Below are positions 60,230 to 64,000 of a stretch of 64,000 nucleotides of DNA, in pieces; the first letter of the stretch is position 1; each line of letters opens with the position of its first letter. The DNA is from an uncultured virus (IMG/VR IMGVR_UViG_3300042310_000554) (Duplodnaviria > Heunggongvirae > Uroviricota > Caudoviricetes): IMG/VR virus record IMGVR_UViG_3300042310_000554. One strand, 5' to 3'. The translations under genes were made by a program, and so were the position numbers. The notes beneath the pieces are model-generated. The model searched no databases. It worked only from the letters and a program-made list of their open reading frames with translations, and was not told where the DNA came from.

Positions 60230-60406
60230 AATGATTAGTTTTAAATCCGATACAAAGATAAGCATTAAATCCACACTTCCAAACTTTATTTCATTTTTTT
60301 TTAAAAAATTTTTTTACGATAACGATTCCGTAAGTTTATTTACTATTTTTCTTGACATGTCGGACATATTTATCTATAATTTAACAGAATTAAAAAACAA
60401 ACTATT

Positions 60407-60583
60407 ATGAAAAAGTTATTATTGGCGATTGTTATCGCAGGGTCTTTGTCTCTAACTTCTTGTTGGAAAGGTACAAAAAATGAAGAATCAACAACAGAAG
60501 TTGCAACCGATACCACACAAGTGGATTCAGTACAGGTTGATTCAGTGGAAGTGGATACTGTAAAAGTAGATACGGTTAAGTAA
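60407..60583 (+). CDS. Small lipoprotein (58 aa; missing from ORF track)
   Basis: MKKLLLAIVIAGSLSLTS-C lipobox then D(S/T)V repeats; ATATTTAT upstream, terminator downstream. Confidence 0.8.
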   Translation: MKKLLLAIVIAGSLSLTSCWKGTKNEESTTEVATDTTQVDSVQVDSVEVDTVKVDTVK

Positions 60584-60587
60584 TCAG

Positions 60588-60615
60588 AAACCCCTCTTAA
60601 CGGAGGGGTTTTTTT
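60588..60615. terminator. Terminator between convergent genes
   Basis: AAACCCCTC-TTAACG-GAGGGGTTTTTTT. Confidence 0.8.
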
Positions 60616-61177
60616 ATTTTAAAAGTTGTTTAATTCTATTAATATCTTCATTAAGTTCATCGTCTTTTTTCTTTGGTTTGTCGGATAACGCTTTTTTAAT
60701 AAAAGATATTGGACTTAAAAGTATGTCAGTAAAAATATCAGACCCTCCAATTCTAGGTTCATTTGATTTTACAATAGGTTCTTTGGTTTTAGGGTCTTTG
60801 GTTTTAGGGTCTTTAACGTTTTTGTTAAATTTATGACCACTTAAAAAATCACCAACATTTTGTTTTGATTTGTTTTTATTTAGGATTGAGAATGATATTT
60901 CTTTATCTGAAAAATATCCAATAGTGTGTCCTTGTTTCACTGTACTACCAATTCCAACAATAACTCTACCTATTTCACAAAAATCTGAATAAAAGGTTTC
61001 ACCATTAACATTATGCTCAATAGTAAGATTTCCATCACAACGATTAATAGATGGTACAACTATACCATCATAAGGGCTAACTAACCTATCGTTATCATAT
61101 GATGAAAGACCGACAGTTTTTGATAACATTCCTTGGTTTAAATTACCATTAGGTGAAGGTGAGATGAAATGATTCAT
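60614..61177 (-). CDS. M23 peptidase-like protein, zinc ligands apparently lost
   Basis: SPYDGIV, LTIEH, VGIGSTVKQGHTIG; no HxxxD/HxH. Confidence 0.55.
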   Translation of the reverse strand: MNHFISPSPNGNLNQGMLSKTVGLSSYDNDRLVSPYDGIVVPSINRCDGNLTIEHNVNGETFYSDFCEIGRVIVGIGSTVKQGHTIGYFSDKEISFSILNKNKSKQNVGDFLSGHKFNKNVKDPKTKDPKTKEPIVKSNEPRIGGSDIFTDILLSPISFIKKALSDKPKKKDDELNEDINRIKQLLK

Positions 61178-61782
61178 TATAATAAATTTTTTATACGATT
61201 AATACTCTCAAGTATTCTTTTATTTTTAAAAAAATTTTCATTATTTAACGACATAATTTTTGATATTCCAGCTGATAATAAATCACCACCAAGTTCCGGT
61301 TTTCCATCAACATAAGTGGTTGTTGTATTATCATCATTATTGGTTATACCGCTCTTTGTTGAGCCCTTACCTTCTGGTTGACCGCTTCTATATGATATAT
61401 GAAAATGTCCTCCGGTGGCTTTGGCAGTTGGATTTGTATATTCATCAATATATGAAAATCCATTATATTTTGTTTTATATGAATCTAATAATGATTTAAA
61501 GTCTGAACGACACGCACTATCTAAAGTCACATCAACCGCCTCTCCTTTAGTATGACGACTAGTATAACTTGTGATTTTTTTATGAAAAGAATCATTACCG
61601 GATGTGAAAGTTAAAGGACAATTACTCTTTAGTTTTTTCCAATCATCCATGAATTTAGATAATATATCTAAAAAATCGGGTTGCAAATCACCTCCTGAAG
61701 TTAATTCGTTTCCTTTTTCAACATTCCCAACACTTTTAAGTTTAGATTTAAATTCTGATGATGAAAGTTCTAATAATTTCAT
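61177..61782 (-). CDS. Peptidase M15-like (Hedgehog/DD-peptidase fold) peptidoglycan hydrolase
   Basis: TSG...SRHTKGEAVD...GHFHIS (H-x6-D and HxH). Confidence 0.7.
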   Translation of the reverse strand: MKLLELSSSEFKSKLKSVGNVEKGNELTSGGDLQPDFLDILSKFMDDWKKLKSNCPLTFTSGNDSFHKKITSYTSRHTKGEAVDVTLDSACRSDFKSLLDSYKTKYNGFSYIDEYTNPTAKATGGHFHISYRSGQPEGKGSTKSGITNNDDNTTTTYVDGKPELGGDLLSAGISKIMSLNNENFFKNKRILESINRIKNLL

Positions 61783-61802
61783 ATTTTTTTAATTTTTTAA
61801 TA

Positions 61803-62006
61803 TTATTCTGTAACAACCATAATACATGTTTTACCTCCATCAATTGTGAAAAATAAATCATATGTTCCAATATAATCTGTTGTTTCATAAAAATATGGGA
61901 TGACATGGTCACCTAAACTAATTACTCCACCCGATGTTGGGTTGTATGTTATTGAGGCTGTTTGTCCTGAATAATCTGTACTATATATTACTATTCCGTT
62001 TGTCAT
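61803..62006 (-). CDS. Stand-alone copy of the shared N-terminal module
   Basis: STDYSG..ITYNPTSGG.ISLG..VIPY.Y...GKTC resembles N-termini of 39417..39824 and 39936..42818. Confidence 0.6.
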   Translation of the reverse strand: MTNGIVIYSTDYSGQTASITYNPTSGGVISLGDHVIPYFYETTDYIGTYDLFFTIDGGKTCIMVVTE

Positions 62007-62018
62007 TTGTATTAATTT

Positions 62019-63998
62019 TTAAATTGGGAATATAACTACTCCATTGTTTATTTCATAAATTAATGTTCCTGGTGAGACAACACTACCATTAGAATCTAAC
62101 CTATTTGTTATTGTAAAATTATTTGTTGGGTCAGTTACATCGGTTACATTGTAAAATATATAATATGTGTATGATTCCCACTGAAAATTATTGGAAGTAG
62201 AGAGCCAACCACTCATAGATGATTGACATACATTAGGTTTAGGTGTAATTCTTGAAGACGAACTTGAATTGTGTGATGGGAAAAAAGTGGTACTATAATA
62301 CCGTCCTCCGATTGAGTAATAAGGGTTAATCCCATTACCTCTTCTAACATACGTTTTAAATGTATAATTCGCCTCGGAAATTTCGTTATTTATATTATTA
62401 ATAACTTGATTTATTGAATCATACATACCATTACACGTTGTCCCACTATTATAACCATTAAGCCCCGTAGAAAGAACAACCGTTATTATTTTATTTAAAT
62501 CATCAAATATAAATGGACTTGATATGTGAGTTGAATAGTCATACGCAACACCTAATGTATCACCACAAGTTGTTCCTGAAAGAACACCTATAGTAAGATA
62601 TTTGTAATAATTAATATTTGATGGGTTATTTATATAATTTGACAGTGTGGAACCCGTAGCTACGTTATATTGAGTTTTGTAAACATTATAATCAGTTATA
62701 TTGTCAAAAGTTAATGTTATTGTCGAACCTACTTTAGTTATCGTTGTTCCAGAAATTTGGTTTGTACATAGACTGTTCACAAATGTCCCACCCTGACTTG
62801 CACTAACTTTTAAATCACAACTTCCATTGGCCATTGATTGTGTCCCAATGCTTTCAATTTTGGACCCATGATATTTAAAAAAGTTGTTATTAGTAGTTGT
62901 TGCGGTATAAATTGGTGAATTTCTTTTTAAACCCGAAATTGTTAACCTACAATTAGATATGTCATATGTTGAGGTAATATTAGAAACATCATATCCACCT
63001 GTCACAAAATTACCATTAAAAATTGAACCACAATCTAGTGACGCAGTATCTGTTAAACACTTACCTGAAAACCCCCAATTTGTATTGGTATTTGTTGGGT
63101 TTGGTTCCATATTTATTAATAAATAATCCCCATTAGTATAAGTAAAACCGGTTAATGAAGTAACTAGTTTTAAAGTATCCGGACCTAAAGTTGTGCTTAA
63201 TCCATATGAATAAACTTTTGGGTTCGATGTTAAACTATTAGTTCCCGCATCATAACCTACTTTCCAATTTTCGATTTGTGAATTAATATTGTTAGTCGGA
63301 CTAATATAACTAATACTTATTGTATCATAAACATTAAACCCTTTAAATGCCCATGCGAAATTTTTAGTAATAGGACTTAAATCCCAACTAATACTTCTTT
63401 GAGCTTGAGTTGAATTTTGAGTGGTATTAACATACGATATTGTCACAGGATATGTATTTCCTGATACACCTGAAGAACAAGTATAACTTTCAACACATAT
63501 TGTATTACTAATTGTTGTTAAATTTAAATTTAAATCAGGACTATATTTAACAATTCCATCGACTAAATTAATATCTGAAGTGTATTGGATACCGTCTAAA
63601 TACACAAATCTAATAACAGGATACCATGTACCTCCTTGAGCTGGCTCACTATAAAATGGTTGTACTACTGTAACATCAGGTGATGCGCTAATAGCCGAAC
63701 CTGACGTAAACGATGGTGAACCAATAACTTCATTTAAATACCAATCAACAACATAAGTACCAATTGTACATCCTGAACTAGATAATAATGAACCAGCACT
63801 TAAAGCCCCAAGTTGACAACCAATTTGAGATTCTTCAATGTATAATCCACAATCTTCACCTTTATTTACGACAATACTATAATTAACATCACAAATAGAT
63901 GGGATAAGTGGTTCTGTTGGAGTTACAGTTGGAGTTACAGTTGGAGTTTGGGTATTAGTAGGAGTTACTGTTGGTGTGATGTTTAGCGGTGGATAATT
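62019..63998 (-). CDS. Paralog of 39936..42818, 5' end beyond window
   Basis: Frame has no stop from 63605 to the window edge; shares PT linker and [13 protein letters not shown]...TCGDTLGV domain. Confidence 0.8.
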   Translation of the reverse strand, partial: NYPPLNITPTVTPTNTQTPTVTPTVTPTEPLIPSICDVNYSIVVNKGEDCGLYIEESQIGCQLGALSAGSLLSSSGCTIGTYVVDWYLNEVIGSPSFTSGSAISASPDVTVVQPFYSEPAQGGTWYPVIRFVYLDGIQYTSDINLVDGIVKYSPDLNLNLTTISNTICVESYTCSSGVSGNTYPVTISYVNTTQNSTQAQRSISWDLSPITKNFAWAFKGFNVYDTISISYISPTNNINSQIENWKVGYDAGTNSLTSNPKVYSYGLSTTLGPDTLKLVTSLTGFTYTNGDYLLINMEPNPTNTNTNWGFSGKCLTDTASLDCGSIFNGNFVTGGYDVSNITSTYDISNCRLTISGLKRNSPIYTATTTNNNFFKYHGSKIESIGTQSMANGSCDLKVSASQGGTFVNSLCTNQISGTTITKVGSTITLTFDNITDYNVYKTQYNVATGSTLSNYINNPSNINYYKYLTIGVLSGTTCGDTLGVAYDYSTHISSPFIFDDLNKIITVVLSTGLNGYNSGTTCNGMYDSINQVINNINNEISEANYTFKTYVRRGNGINPYYSIGGRYYSTTFFPSHNSSSSSRITPKPNVCQSSMSGWLSTSNNFQWESYTYYIFYNVTDVTDPTNNFTITNRLDSNGSVVSPGTLIYEINNGVVIFPI

Positions 63999-64000
63999 TA

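Noticed and set aside
39936..63998. Diversity-generating retroelement template/variable repeat pair
   Set aside because: Both copies are long coding paralogs, differences are not restricted to adenines, and no reverse transcriptase is in the window
1..64000. Stop-codon reassignment as in some huge phages
   Set aside because: Core genes are full-length in code 11 and TAG ends genes at sensible boundaries (8638, 23401)

Overview
AT-rich (standard genetic code) 64 kb segment of a large T4-like 'jumbo/huge' phage genome, most likely infecting Bacteroidota (Flavobacteria-like). Evidence for the host: TTTG-N19/20-TAnnTTTG promoters, A-rich non-Shine-Dalgarno leaders, a Bacteroidota-type bS21 and a DUF4494-like gene. 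Layout: (1) 2-12 kb cluster of glycosyltransferases and methyltransferases with dUTPase, exonuclease, PhoH and a gp55-like sigma factor; (2) 13-22 kb baseplate/virion genes including a Delta-60 repeat protein; (3) 24-51 kb minus-strand head module (major capsid, scaffold, prohead protease, portal, terminase) with an antisense ribosomal protein S21 gene and repeat-rich fibre/decoration proteins; (4) 52-60 kb RNA and translation quality-control island. The island holds an N-domain-less ClpC, a complete tmRNA with an unusual 22-codon tag, SmpB, a ~900-nt structured ncRNA with its own promoter and terminator (GOLLD/ROOL-like or new), and four non-canonical tRNA-like RNAs, two of them circularly permuted (YrlA/Y-RNA-like topology). 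That island is the strongest candidate for an undescribed system. All calls come from reading motifs by eye; no searches were run.
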